Below, piece after piece: positions 1-10,128 of a DNA stretch of 64,000 nucleotides. A model generated the notes under the pieces. The model was given only the letters and a program-made list of their open reading frames with translations, had not been told where the DNA came from and did not search any database. A program made the position numbers and the translations under genes. Numbering within the stretch: the stretch's first letter is position 1; each line of letters starts with the position of its first letter. Origin of the DNA: a virus (lineage: Duplodnaviria; Caudoviricetes); IMG/VR virus record IMGVR_UViG_3300010347_002584, positions 1,443 through 65,442 of that record; one strand, written 5' to 3'.

Positions 1-39
1 GAAATTGCTTTACATAGTGGGTGGTAAATTGGTATTATT

Positions 40-372
40 TCAATTTTTTGGAGAAGCATATTTACGTTTCCTCTCTCTTGAACGAAATAATCGTTTTGTA
101 TTAATAACACTCAAAACGAATACAATCAAACTTATAATCAATAAATTATTAGAAAGAATTGAAAGTAATACTATTTTAGTAGAACTTACAGAATTTAATG
201 CAACTAAGTATAAGACTAATGAGATAACTCCTAGAATTGATGATAACGCCCATCCAGTTATTACTAATTTATCATTCATTGTTTTCTTCTCACCATATAC
301 AGATGCTAGAAAAAATAAAGTTGAAAATATTAAAAATCCTACTATTGCATATTCTACCATAATCCCCTCCAT
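40..372 (-). CDS. hypothetical membrane protein
   Basis: Three hydrophobic segments and a basic C-terminal tail. Divergent from the late operon. Preferred over the antisense ORF 5..376. Confidence 0.6.
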   Translation of the reverse strand: MEGIMVEYAIVGFLIFSTLFFLASVYGEKKTMNDKLVITGWALSSILGVISLVLYLVALNSVSSTKIVLLSILSNNLLIISLIVFVLSVINTKRLFRSRERKRKYASPKN

Positions 373-446
373 ATAAATTTAGTTCACAATTCTTCCTTTC
401 ACTAATTAATATATATAGTTTCTTATACTAATCTGTATCTAAATTG

Positions 447-461
447 AGAACAAAATATAAA
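447..461 (+). promoter_or_regulatory. putative phage late promoter motif AGAACAAAATATAAA
   Basis: Matches the motif at 19374-19388 and 21869-21883 except for one base. Lies upstream of the + strand structural operon. Confidence 0.55.
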
Positions 462-509
462 CTAATGTGTTAATCTTACGATAAAATTATTATTCCAAAT
501 GGAGTATTT

Positions 510-995
510 ATGCGGAATTTGGATGCATACTTAGAACAAATTCAAAATAACGAGTCTATTTTTCCTATGGATTCTTATCATACAGGTGTTCCTAAAAAAC
601 CTGTAAAACGAGTTTACATGGATGAGGATGGAAATATAGTTGAAAGAGAGAGATTACTTATAGATTTTGATGGAACTATACATAAATATTCTAAAGGTTG
701 GGCAGATGGAAGTATATATGATATTCCAACTACTGGAGCAAAAGAGGCGATTGACATACTAAAAAATAGATATGAAATAGTTATATTTTCTACGAGAGCT
801 TCATGTAAAGAAAATAGAGATTGTCAAAGACAAATTGCTGATATGAGAAAATGGTTAACTAGGTATGACATTCATTATGATGATATTACATCTGAAAAGA
901 TTGGAGCATTTAAAATTATTGACGATTTAGCTATTACATTCAAAAGTTGGTCTCAAGTATTGAAAGATATTAAATCAGCTGAAGGTGAGAAGTAG
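510..995 (+). CDS. HAD-superfamily phosphatase / nucleotidase-like
   Basis: HAD motif I LLIDFDGTI, motif II IFSTR, motif IV IIDD. Confidence 0.75.
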   Translation: MRNLDAYLEQIQNNESIFPMDSYHTGVPKKPVKRVYMDEDGNIVERERLLIDFDGTIHKYSKGWADGSIYDIPTTGAKEAIDILKNRYEIVIFSTRASCKENRDCQRQIADMRKWLTRYDIHYDDITSEKIGAFKIIDDLAITFKSWSQVLKDIKSAEGEK

Positions 996-998
996 TAA

Positions 999-2432
999 AT
1001 GTTATGTGAAGTATGTAAAAAGGAATTAGTATCAACAAAAGCTCTTAGTCAACACATAAGGTTCCATAATATAACTTCACAAGAATACTATGATAAATAT
1101 CTTGGAAACTCTAAAGAATGTGAAGAGTGTGGGAAAAAAACAAACTTTTTAGATTTGACCAGAGGATATCAAAAATTTTGTAGTTTACGGTGCTCAAATA
1201 ATAATAAAAATAGAAAAGAGAAGTTTAGAGAATCTTATTTGAGAAATGATCTGGAACAAATTAAAAATAAACGAAAGAAAACTAACTTCGAACGGTATGG
1301 AAATGAAAATGCTAATCAGATTGAAGAAATAAAAGAAAAAACTCTAACTACTTTTAGAAAGAATAGGCTACCTATTATTAGAAAGCAGCTAGAAGTACTA
1401 GATTTGCAACTAGTTTCTAGTAATTATGAAAGTTGTTACAATAAGGAAACAGAAATAAGGTGTTTAAAATGTAACAAAATATTTAAAGAATCAATTTTTA
1501 ATATTTCTCAAAGAATGTATCCTTGTAGTTGCCAAATTCGTTATAGTAGATCTAATAAAGAAGTAGAACTATTTAATTTTGTCTATAGTTTAGATCCTAC
1601 TTGTAAGAGTAATGAAAAAATTGATAATATAGAACTGGATATTTTTATTTCAAGTAAAAATATAGCAATTGAGTATAATGGAATTTATTGGCATTCTGAC
1701 AGAATACTAAAAGATCCAGTTAATTATCATTGTAAAAAACTTTCTATATGTGATAAGAATGGAATTAAGTTAATTCAAGTTTTTGAGGATGAGTGGGTTT
1801 TAAAAAAAGAAATTGTTAAATCAAGACTTAAACGAATTATTCTAAATAACAAATATGATGATATTGTAAGAATACACGGAAGAAAATGTACTATTAAAAG
1901 AGTAATAGATAATAAAGTCAAGAATGACTTTTTAAATAGCTATCATCTTCAAGGTTCAGATATTTCAGAAATTGCAATTGGTGCTTTTTATAATGATGAG
2001 TTAGTTTCTATTATGACATTTAGTCATGGAAACATATCCAAGGGGAGTAAGAAAACAGAATATGTTTGGGAACTTAGTAGATTTTGTATAAAAATAGGAT
2101 ATCATATACCTGGTATTTCTGGAAAATTACTTAGTTATTTTAAGAAAAATTTTAAATGGAAAGAGATATTTAGTTATGCTGATAGAAGATGGAGTGATGG
2201 AGATGTCTATTATAAATTAGGATTTAACTTAAATTCAATTACAAAACCTAATTATTGGTATACAAAAGATGGGACAAAGAGAATTCATAGATTTAACTTG
2301 AGAAAGAAAGAAGAAGAACCATCAAATATCCCAGAATGGGTCTTGAGGTTACAAGAAGGATACTATCGAATCTGGGATTGTGGAAATTTAAAATTTTCGA
2401 TGATTAACAAAACGGAGGAAATTGTAGAATGA
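999..2432 (+). CDS. Hef-like putative homing endonuclease (Zn fingers + Vsr-like PD-(D/E)xK nuclease + GNAT-like C-terminus)
   Basis: C2H2 finger CEVC..HIRFH, nuclease motif ELDIF..IAIEYNGIYWH, C-terminal ELSRFC / SYADRRWS / IWDCG. Confidence 0.7.
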   Translation: MLCEVCKKELVSTKALSQHIRFHNITSQEYYDKYLGNSKECEECGKKTNFLDLTRGYQKFCSLRCSNNNKNRKEKFRESYLRNDLEQIKNKRKKTNFERYGNENANQIEEIKEKTLTTFRKNRLPIIRKQLEVLDLQLVSSNYESCYNKETEIRCLKCNKIFKESIFNISQRMYPCSCQIRYSRSNKEVELFNFVYSLDPTCKSNEKIDNIELDIFISSKNIAIEYNGIYWHSDRILKDPVNYHCKKLSICDKNGIKLIQVFEDEWVLKKEIVKSRLKRIILNNKYDDIVRIHGRKCTIKRVIDNKVKNDFLNSYHLQGSDISEIAIGAFYNDELVSIMTFSHGNISKGSKKTEYVWELSRFCIKIGYHIPGISGKLLSYFKKNFKWKEIFSYADRRWSDGDVYYKLGFNLNSITKPNYWYTKDGTKRIHRFNLRKKEEEPSNIPEWVLRLQEGYYRIWDCGNLKFSMINKTEEIVE

Positions 2433-3142
2433 AAACTTCATTCAAGAATCTTACAAGTAACCTTTTAACTAGGAAGTTTGGTGGAACATCTGTTGGAGTT
2501 GCTGATCCATATGTGTCAGGATATCACTTTATTTGGTTTGATAAATTTCCTGCAGCTCTTACTAAGTACACATCTCGAGGTATCAGTCAGATGGACAGTG
2601 TTGGCGATATTCAAAAAGTATTGGCAGCATCCTGTTTATCTGTAACTCCTCCTGGTGGAACTCTTTCTAAGATTGAGTTTACAGGGCTTGGTGGAATTAA
2701 ATGGGCAGTTCCTGGTAACGTAGATTATGGAAACTCAATTTCCATCAAGTTCCTTGAGTTCAGTAAAACCCCCATTCTTGACATTATGCATGGTTGGGTT
2801 AAGATGATTAGGGACTATAGAAGTGGTGTTACTGAACTTGAAGACACAGATGAAGGTGTTGGATACAGTAATAGGACTTATGCTGCTACACTATTCTATT
2901 GGACTACAGCTCCTGATGCTATGACAATAGAATACTATGCTGCATATGATGGTGTATTCCCAACAAAAGATCCACAGGACCTCTTCTCAAGTGATGTTGA
3001 AACAATTGGTAAGCTTGATATTGAAATTGAATTTAATTGTGATACACCATGGCATGAACCTTGGGTAAAAGACAAGATTGTAAGTAACTATATTCCTGCT
3101 CTTATTGGATCAAGGGATATAGTTCATCAATACTCAATTTAA
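2429..3142 (+). CDS. tail tube protein (T4 gp19-like)
   Basis: Pattern SVTPPG..L....F...G...AVPG.VDY..ISIKF; YDGVFP; size and position upstream of baseplate genes. Confidence 0.7.
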   Translation: MKTSFKNLTSNLLTRKFGGTSVGVADPYVSGYHFIWFDKFPAALTKYTSRGISQMDSVGDIQKVLAASCLSVTPPGGTLSKIEFTGLGGIKWAVPGNVDYGNSISIKFLEFSKTPILDIMHGWVKMIRDYRSGVTELEDTDEGVGYSNRTYAATLFYWTTAPDAMTIEYYAAYDGVFPTKDPQDLFSSDVETIGKLDIEIEFNCDTPWHEPWVKDKIVSNYIPALIGSRDIVHQYSI

Positions 3143-3160
3143 CAAAAGGAGATAAGTAAT

Positions 3161-3637
3161 ATGAAAGAACTAAAATGGTTAGCAGACTATGTTATCGAGT
3201 TTTCAGATATGTCAGAAAGTGCTAAAGAAATTGCATTTAACTATATTAAAGAGGCTGACGATGTTCAGATAGCACATCTTCTTCTTACTGGAAAAATGGT
3301 AGTTGAAGTAAAGAATCCAAAAAAGGTTATTTCTGAGTTTAGAACTTCTCCTGCTTATAGACTTCTCACTGAAGAAGAAAAGTATTATCCAACAACTGGA
3401 AGAAAAACTGCAATGTCTGTTGCAGGGTTAATTTTCGGTCTTGGTCCTGTGTGGTGGGCAGTTTATAGAACAATTAGAGCTTCTTTTGACCAGTGTACAA
3501 AAAAATGCGGAACATATAAAATTAATACACGAGAACGACAAGTTTGTATGGCAAAGTGCCGAGAAGAAAGAGACAAAAAGATGGCCGCTCTCAAAACTAA
3601 AGCTAAAGCAGCTAAAGCAGCTAAAGAAAAAAAGTAA
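3161..3637 (+). CDS. putative virion protein, hydrophobic segment + Cys-rich helical domain
   Basis: GLIFGLGPVWWAVY followed by CTKKC...CMAKC. Resembles 5639, 6283 and 10129. Confidence 0.5.
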   Translation: MKELKWLADYVIEFSDMSESAKEIAFNYIKEADDVQIAHLLLTGKMVVEVKNPKKVISEFRTSPAYRLLTEEEKYYPTTGRKTAMSVAGLIFGLGPVWWAVYRTIRASFDQCTKKCGTYKINTRERQVCMAKCREERDKKMAALKTKAKAAKAAKEKK

Positions 3638-3667
3638 ACAATGTAACAAACCGAAAGGAGATTTATC

Positions 3668-4459
3668 ATGTTTAAAGGATTTAACCTCAAGTATCCTGAG
3701 TACGAAGTCATAACTCCACAAACGAAATTGTCATTTACGATTAGATCTTTGAATGTTCAGGAAGAGGAAAGATTAAAAGGAAGTCTTTTAACACCTCAGA
3801 AAATTACAGAACATCTGAATAAATGTTTATATGAGTCGCTAATTTCAAAACCAGAAGTAGTTAAAGATTTTAAAAGTTTCTTAGAAAATGTTACTCTAAA
3901 AGATAGAGATGCTCTCTTATATGGTCTTTATCATATTACATATGAAGAAATTAGAAACTATGATATTAAATGTGGAAACTGTAGAAAGGATTATCCTGTT
4001 ACAGTTAAAGCATCTACTACATTTAATATCAATCCATATCCTGGTACTGATGATATTAGAAAGAGAAAAGTTGTAGTTGATTTACCAGTTTCAAAAGGTG
4101 TAAAAGCTTATTTGAAACAACCAGTTCTTCTTGACGAAGTTGAAGCAATTAAAACTCTTTCTGCAGCACCTGGATTAACAATTGATAATATTGTTGAAAC
4201 TCTAATTATTGATAAATTTGAACAGGATGTTCCAGAATCTACTGAACCAATCACATGGGTTGATAGAAATGATATTATTGACGCTTACCGAAGTCTTCCT
4301 GCAAAGGACAAGAGATCTATATATGAAAAATATAATGAAGAATTTGGTAAGTATAATATTGAATTAAAAATGAAAACGTTTTGTATCCATTGTGGAAATG
4401 AGGAGACAATCACTATTGATCTAGTTGAAAACTTTTTTCGAATGGTATACAGTTCATGA
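3668..4459 (+). CDS. baseplate hub assembly / tail assembly chaperone (T4 gp26-like)
   Basis: FTIRSLNVQEEE, DRDALL, two CxxC motifs, ends near NFF. Located between tail tube and gp25. Confidence 0.65.
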   Translation: MFKGFNLKYPEYEVITPQTKLSFTIRSLNVQEEERLKGSLLTPQKITEHLNKCLYESLISKPEVVKDFKSFLENVTLKDRDALLYGLYHITYEEIRNYDIKCGNCRKDYPVTVKASTTFNINPYPGTDDIRKRKVVVDLPVSKGVKAYLKQPVLLDEVEAIKTLSAAPGLTIDNIVETLIIDKFEQDVPESTEPITWVDRNDIIDAYRSLPAKDKRSIYEKYNEEFGKYNIELKMKTFCIHCGNEETITIDLVENFFRMVYSS

Positions 4460-4676
4460 GGATAAAATTGACGAGTACCGAAAAAGTTTAGAACTAAATA
4501 TTTTTTCAGCAATTGAAATGCTTAAATTGCAGTATGATACAATTATGCTGATGCCTATTAAAAGGTTTTATAATATGTTGAAATGGAAGTCTGAGTTGGA
4601 AGAAGAAAGATCAAAATTGATGCAAGAAAAAGCACAACAATTTCAAGCACAACAAAAACAAAGAGCTAAAAAATAA
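4425..4676 (+). CDS. gp51-like / chaperone C-terminal extension, possibly expressed by frameshift
   Basis: TIMLMPIKRFYNML resembles second-ORF tail chaperone segments. TTG start without clear RBS, overlapping the TTTTTTC run. Confidence 0.5.
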   Translation: MKTFFEWYTVHEDKIDEYRKSLELNIFSAIEMLKLQYDTIMLMPIKRFYNMLKWKSELEEERSKLMQEKAQQFQAQQKQRAKK

Positions 4677-5107
4677 TGGCAAATGCATTTGAGAGATTCA
4701 ACAAACTAGTAGTTGGAACTTCTACTAGTTATGCAGATTATACATCTAAAATTTCTTCTAAAGGTGATTTTACTAGACTGGAGGGACTACAAGCTATTTT
4801 AAACTCATGGAATAATATTTTAATGACTCCAGTGAGAACTGTAGATCATGATCCAGAATATGGATGTGAATTATATAAGTATGTTTTTGCCCCAGCGGAT
4901 GCTAGAACTTTAGAAGGAATAAAAAGAGAAGTTTACGAAAGATTATTCTATTATGATGATAGAGCAAATATTAAAAAAGTAGATGTAAAATTTCTTAAAG
5001 ATAGAAGAGGATTTGTTATCAATATTTATATTAACTATCAAGGTCATGAAGAGAATTTACAAGTATTTATAGATGAAAATAAATACTTTAATGCTATTCA
5101 GTCATAA
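4676..5107 (+). CDS. baseplate wedge protein (T4 gp25-like)
   Basis: NSWNNILMTP..T..HDPEYGCELYKYVF pattern of the gp25/GPW family. Confidence 0.8.
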   Translation: MANAFERFNKLVVGTSTSYADYTSKISSKGDFTRLEGLQAILNSWNNILMTPVRTVDHDPEYGCELYKYVFAPADARTLEGIKREVYERLFYYDDRANIKKVDVKFLKDRRGFVINIYINYQGHEENLQVFIDENKYFNAIQS

Positions 5108-5117
5108 GGAATAATAA

Positions 5118-5615
5118 ATGGATCTATATTATAGCGTTCTTAAACATTACAAAGGTTTGTTTAAGAAAAAGCACGTTCGAAATACACATACTTTAATGAT
5201 TCCTATATCAGATACTCATAGTTTATATCTAGTATTGATTGGAAGATCCAAAGAAGATGAATCTGTCTTCTATGCTCAATTAGTTGCTAAAATCTCTAAT
5301 GAAATAGTCGAGGATCTATTAAGCGAGGAAATCGACTATTTTGATGAGAGATTTTCTGTAATTGAAAAAATTCCATGTTCTGTATCAAAACTTGAGGAAA
5401 TATATATAGCAAAGATTAAGAATAAAGGCAAATATATAAAATCAAATTTATTAATAACATTTAACGAAGAAGAAAGTACAAATAAAAAAAGATTCTATGT
5501 TGTAAAAGGCCAAATTGATTTAGAATTAAGTGATGTTATTACACCGGAGACATTGGGAATGGTATCAAGCAGGGTCATGGCAAAATTTGGAGACTTAGAC
5601 AGAATAAAAGTTTAG
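5118..5615 (+). CDS. hypothetical protein
   Basis: 165 aa ORF in operon with RBS-like AAGGA. No motif recognised. Confidence 0.6.
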   Translation: MDLYYSVLKHYKGLFKKKHVRNTHTLMIPISDTHSLYLVLIGRSKEDESVFYAQLVAKISNEIVEDLLSEEIDYFDERFSVIEKIPCSVSKLEEIYIAKIKNKGKYIKSNLLITFNEEESTNKKRFYVVKGQIDLELSDVITPETLGMVSSRVMAKFGDLDRIKV

Positions 5616-5638
5616 AAGAATGGGAGGATTATTATATC

Positions 5639-6280
5639 ATGTTAGATAAAAAATTAGTTGAGTCAGCATGCAAAAAAATTCTACTCAAAGCTGTAATGGA
5701 GAGTGAAACTCTACAGAAGAAACTATCTGTAGAAGAACACACAAAGCTTTGTGAAAAGGTTCTTGAACTAAAATATCATGAAGCTCTACCTCTTCTTTTT
5801 GGTGGTGATCCTCTAAATGTAAACGAGAGAGAAGAGATGAGAGATTATGAATCAAAGTTTAAGAAAGGTGTAAAATATACTGCTGCTGCTGCAGTAGGAA
5901 GAAAAATTGGTCATATTGCAACTGGTTCAAAGGCACTAAAAGTTTTTGGTGGATATAAACCAGGAATGGCTAAAGGTGGAATCAGAGGTGCATTGCTCGG
6001 TGCTGGTGCATATTATCTATATCGAAAACTTTCTGATCCATGTAGAGCAAAAGCTGCAATGGCTCCTTCTCCACATAAGAAATTGGAAGTTAAACATCAG
6101 TGTCAAGCTGAAGCTGCAAAGAGAATAATTGCACAGTTGAATAAACAATTTGCTCAATGCGATTTAACAAATAATCCTGCAAAGTGCAAGGCAAAAATTC
6201 AGAAAGAGATAATTACATGGAAGAAAAGATTACAGCAGGAATTGATTAGTCTTGCAAAAGTAAAAAGATCTGCTGCATAG
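5639..6280 (+). CDS. putative virion protein, Gly-rich hydrophobic segment + Cys-rich domain
   Basis: ALLGAGAYYLY, then CDLTNNPAKC (C-x8-C). GGGAGG RBS. Confidence 0.55.
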   Translation: MLDKKLVESACKKILLKAVMESETLQKKLSVEEHTKLCEKVLELKYHEALPLLFGGDPLNVNEREEMRDYESKFKKGVKYTAAAAVGRKIGHIATGSKALKVFGGYKPGMAKGGIRGALLGAGAYYLYRKLSDPCRAKAAMAPSPHKKLEVKHQCQAEAAKRIIAQLNKQFAQCDLTNNPAKCKAKIQKEIITWKKRLQQELISLAKVKRSAA

Positions 6281-6282
6281 AT

Positions 6283-6966
6283 ATGAGTAATATAACTGAG
6301 TTATATTTAGAGTATATATCTAACAATGTGAATAATTTGTTAGAATATAAAAAAAATAAACCTCCAGTTATATCATATGAAGTTAGATATATTTTAGATA
6401 AAGGTCTTGCTACAGCAGCTGTTTTTCTTCCTGGTGGAGTTCTTTATTTTGTAACTAGAAAATTATATGACATGTATGATTACAAATGTGCAGTAGATTG
6501 TTATATAATTAAAAATAATAAGAATAAAACTATTTGTTTCAAACGATGCAATTTAAAATCAATTGAAAATGTTATTAAAAAAGTTCAATCTGAGTTTTAT
6601 GATTGTGATCATACAGGAAACCCAGATAGGTGTAGAAAAAGATTAGGTAAAATTTTACTTTATTGGAAAGAGTTACAAATAGATTCAGAAGCTAAATTAC
6701 AAACTAAACTTAAAAAACTACAATTAAGAAAAATGAGTAACGTTAATGAGCAAGAACAAAAAATGGTTGCAAAATTATTACGTTATATAATGTTAATGTC
6801 TGATGATATCCTGTTACTAGCAAATAAAAAGAAACAAGTTATAAAACAAAAATATAAAAATAGAGATGAAATAATCAAAAATATTAACGAAAAAATTATT
6901 GACAAGAAGAAAAAGATTGCTGCTGCAAAATTAAAACTGCAACAACTAAGATCAGGAAAAAGATAA
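6283..6966 (+). CDS. putative virion protein, hydrophobic segment + Cys-rich domain
   Basis: AAVFLPGGVLYFV, then CAVDC..CFKRC..CDHTGNPDRC. Confidence 0.55.
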   Translation: MSNITELYLEYISNNVNNLLEYKKNKPPVISYEVRYILDKGLATAAVFLPGGVLYFVTRKLYDMYDYKCAVDCYIIKNNKNKTICFKRCNLKSIENVIKKVQSEFYDCDHTGNPDRCRKRLGKILLYWKELQIDSEAKLQTKLKKLQLRKMSNVNEQEQKMVAKLLRYIMLMSDDILLLANKKKQVIKQKYKNRDEIIKNINEKIIDKKKKIAAAKLKLQQLRSGKR

Positions 6967-7620
6967 ATGCAACTATATGGAAGATTGTATGATTACATAA
7001 ATGAGTACTGGAAACTAATTCATGAAACTTATGCAGTCCATGCAATTCCATTTTTAGTCACTTATTATCATATCAACAAAACAACAACTGTATGGGATAA
7101 TACATATTTAATGGGGGGATCATACGAGAAATTTGGTCAACTAACAGGAATGAAATGGGATAGATATCTTCTTCTTCCAGTATTTTGGATTGAAGAAACC
7201 CAAACTATTTTTGATGCACAAGAAATTGGCTATGTAAATGAAGGAGAATCTGGTTTAGTTGTTCCAGCTAACTATGGTTTCGTCCCATTAGCTAACGATA
7301 TGGTTAAATTCAATCAAGATTATTTAATTTCAGAAAGGATGCTTCCGGATAGAAATTCTATATTTGCAGTCACTGGAATACAACATGCACCAGGAACAGA
7401 TAAGTCATATTGGAAGTTGAAACTTTTTGTTGAACAGACTGTAACTACAGAAATGATTAATCAGCAATTAACTAATACATATGTTTTTTATGATTATGAT
7501 AAAAAAATGCATACTATAGAAGAAGCCGCATTAATGACAAAGATGTTATCTAAACATGATACTTTGAAAGGAAGACTAAAAAATTTATTTGATTCAAACT
7601 CGGGATTTTACTTTGTATAA
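6967..7620 (+). CDS. hypothetical structural protein
   Basis: 217 aa ORF immediately upstream of the baseplate wedge gene. Function not recognised. Confidence 0.55.
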   Translation: MQLYGRLYDYINEYWKLIHETYAVHAIPFLVTYYHINKTTTVWDNTYLMGGSYEKFGQLTGMKWDRYLLLPVFWIEETQTIFDAQEIGYVNEGESGLVVPANYGFVPLANDMVKFNQDYLISERMLPDRNSIFAVTGIQHAPGTDKSYWKLKLFVEQTVTTEMINQQLTNTYVFYDYDKKMHTIEEAALMTKMLSKHDTLKGRLKNLFDSNSGFYFV

Positions 7621-7633
7621 GGGAGTATAACAA

Positions 7634-10114
7634 ATGCCATCTACTACTATATCTGATCAAATATACTTATCTAGAGATCAGATTGTAAACCAAATTACGG
7701 AGTTTGCAAAACAATACTTAGAACTTGAAAATATTGTTTTAACAAAGTCTTCCTTCTTATCGTTTGTAATTAATACATTGTCTACCTTAACATCAAATCT
7801 TCTTTTTTATGAAACTTCTGTATATAGAGAGTTCTTTTTAACAACTGCACAACTTCCAGAATCTATACTGAACTTATCAGCTTTTCTTGGTTATAACACA
7901 AGAGAAGCAAAATACTCAACTGTAAATGTCTTGATGACTGTTCCATTTGGTTTTGAAGATTCTACTGCACGATTTACTATTCCTGAAGCGTTTAAATTTT
8001 ATGGTAGTGATATTACATTTCAAACATATTATAAAGCAGATGTTACTGTTTATAATAATAGTTATGTTACAGTTCAAATAACAGAGGGTAATAAAGTTTA
8101 CTCGCTTCCTGTTGTTGTTGATTCTACAACAGCAACACCAAGTTTTTCATTTGTCCTTCCTCTTAGACAGTATAAAAAGACTATTCAAGAATTCCAAATT
8201 GATAGTGATTTACAAAGATATCAGTTTACAACTATTGATGTTCCATTAAAAGGGAAAGTTTCTGAGATGACTGTTGAAGTTAAAGATCCTGACGGAACAT
8301 CATGGACACTATATTCTGAATATCAAAGTCTGTATCTGATGACATCTACAGACTTCGGGTATGTTTCCAGAAGAACATCCTTTGGTCGAAGAATATATTT
8401 TGGAAACGGACTCATTGGGTTTCAACCACTTCCAGGGTCTACAGTAAAAGTTACTGTCTATGAAACAGAAGGAGAAGATGGAAATGTAATAGCTGGTTCA
8501 ATAGTTTCTGGAGATAGGATTTATACAGTTACATTATCTGGTTATACAAGAATTTTAAACTATTCTGTTATAAATACTTCAGATGCATTTGGTGGAGAAG
8601 ACGAAGAATCAATTGAAGAAATAAGATCAAACGCAATTTCAAACCTGACAGCACTCGGAAGATTAGTTTCAGAAACAGACTATAAAGCTGCTAATGTTGT
8701 TATTGAAAACTCACCTCTAGCTGGAGCATCTGTTCCTGTATTAAAAAGATCTGATGTTAAAGTAAATGAAATCCAGCTCTTTACTAGTATTCTTTTTGGA
8801 AATGATATTGTTCCAACTAGAAATGTAGTTTTAGAAACAGATCCCTCAGTTGTGTATATTCCAAGAGATACAATAATAATTGATAATGGAGAAGAATACT
8901 ACACAGTTTTTGATATGACTGTTGATTCTATTAATAAGAGTGTTAATTATCATTATATAATGTATGAAATTGAGTTGGTTCCAACACTTGTAACAAGCTA
9001 TGGTTCAACATATAATTTATATGCAACTCAGGTTTTGATGTCTAAATCAGGAGACCTAGCAAATATAGAATTATCATATACTTCAGACGAACTGGATTAT
9101 TCAGTATGTGAATGTGAATTAGCAATATTAGAAACAAACCAAAAATTTACAATGACTAATGATTCAGGAAGTAGAAAGTTTACATATACATTTGATCCTT
9201 ATACTATCATCCAATCAGGAGAATTAACATATTATTTTACACTTTCACACCTGGGGACTCCATTTGGTAGATATTATACAAAGTTTACATTTAGAAGAGC
9301 TTTAAAAGACTTTATGATGTCAAATATGGAAATTGACTCAACAAGTCTAATCATATATGATATTCCTGCTGTGAAGAAGACATATTATGATTCAATAAAT
9401 AAACGAGATTTTGAAACACAGGTATTACAAAAAATTGTTGAGACAATGACATTTTATAAGTATAGAATGATTACAGACTTTACCAATTTGAAGTTTGTAA
9501 ATTCATATGGTGCTATGACCAATATGCAATATAATACTGTTACTAAACTTCCTGTTCTAGATATTCAATGTAACCCACCACTTGCTGGAAATATTGGTGA
9601 CAGATATATTGTTGCAAATGATCCAGTTCCTGGAAGTAGTTGGGATGGTTATGGAAATAAGTATGCTACAATAATTGATGATGTCTCAATGACATGGGAG
9701 TTTGAAGATCCATCAAGTAATGATATAGTATATGTTTCAAACCAAGACAAAAAGTATATTTTCAATGGTTCCAAATGGTTAGATCCAGTATATCAAATTC
9801 CATTACTAATAGAGGCTGAAGTATTTAAAACAAGTAGTTATTCTGGGACAGATGTTCAATTAGCAAATACAGTAAAAAGCGTTATATATTCAGTATTTAG
9901 TCAATTCTTTGGTGCAAATGTCCCTCTGTATAGATCAGAAATAATATCAGTTATTCAATCTATTGATGGTGTAGCTTATTGTAACTTAATAAAACCGGCT
10001 TCTGATATATTCTTTAATTTTGACTTGGATCAATTTACCCAGGATCAGTTATTAAGATATACTCCAGAATACCTATATTTTACAGAGGGTAGTATTTCTA
10101 TTAGAGCCATATAA
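7634..10114 (+). CDS. baseplate wedge subunit (T4 gp6 / baseplate J-like) with DUF2793-like insert
   Basis: EFFLTTAQLPESILNLSAFLGY, IYFGNG...G, GGEDEESIEEIRSNA, RLVSETDY. Insert GDRYIVA..W.G..W.F..P...YIFNGSKW. Confidence 0.8.
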   Translation: MPSTTISDQIYLSRDQIVNQITEFAKQYLELENIVLTKSSFLSFVINTLSTLTSNLLFYETSVYREFFLTTAQLPESILNLSAFLGYNTREAKYSTVNVLMTVPFGFEDSTARFTIPEAFKFYGSDITFQTYYKADVTVYNNSYVTVQITEGNKVYSLPVVVDSTTATPSFSFVLPLRQYKKTIQEFQIDSDLQRYQFTTIDVPLKGKVSEMTVEVKDPDGTSWTLYSEYQSLYLMTSTDFGYVSRRTSFGRRIYFGNGLIGFQPLPGSTVKVTVYETEGEDGNVIAGSIVSGDRIYTVTLSGYTRILNYSVINTSDAFGGEDEESIEEIRSNAISNLTALGRLVSETDYKAANVVIENSPLAGASVPVLKRSDVKVNEIQLFTSILFGNDIVPTRNVVLETDPSVVYIPRDTIIIDNGEEYYTVFDMTVDSINKSVNYHYIMYEIELVPTLVTSYGSTYNLYATQVLMSKSGDLANIELSYTSDELDYSVCECELAILETNQKFTMTNDSGSRKFTYTFDPYTIIQSGELTYYFTLSHLGTPFGRYYTKFTFRRALKDFMMSNMEIDSTSLIIYDIPAVKKTYYDSINKRDFETQVLQKIVETMTFYKYRMITDFTNLKFVNSYGAMTNMQYNTVTKLPVLDIQCNPPLAGNIGDRYIVANDPVPGSSWDGYGNKYATIIDDVSMTWEFEDPSSNDIVYVSNQDKKYIFNGSKWLDPVYQIPLLIEAEVFKTSSYSGTDVQLANTVKSVIYSVFSQFFGANVPLYRSEIISVIQSIDGVAYCNLIKPASDIFFNFDLDQFTQDQLLRYTPEYLYFTEGSISIRAI

Positions 10115-10128
10115 TGAGGAGAGAAAAT

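Noticed and set aside
5-376. 123-aa + strand ORF
   Set aside because: Antisense to the more plausible membrane-protein ORF 40..372, with no motif or RBS.
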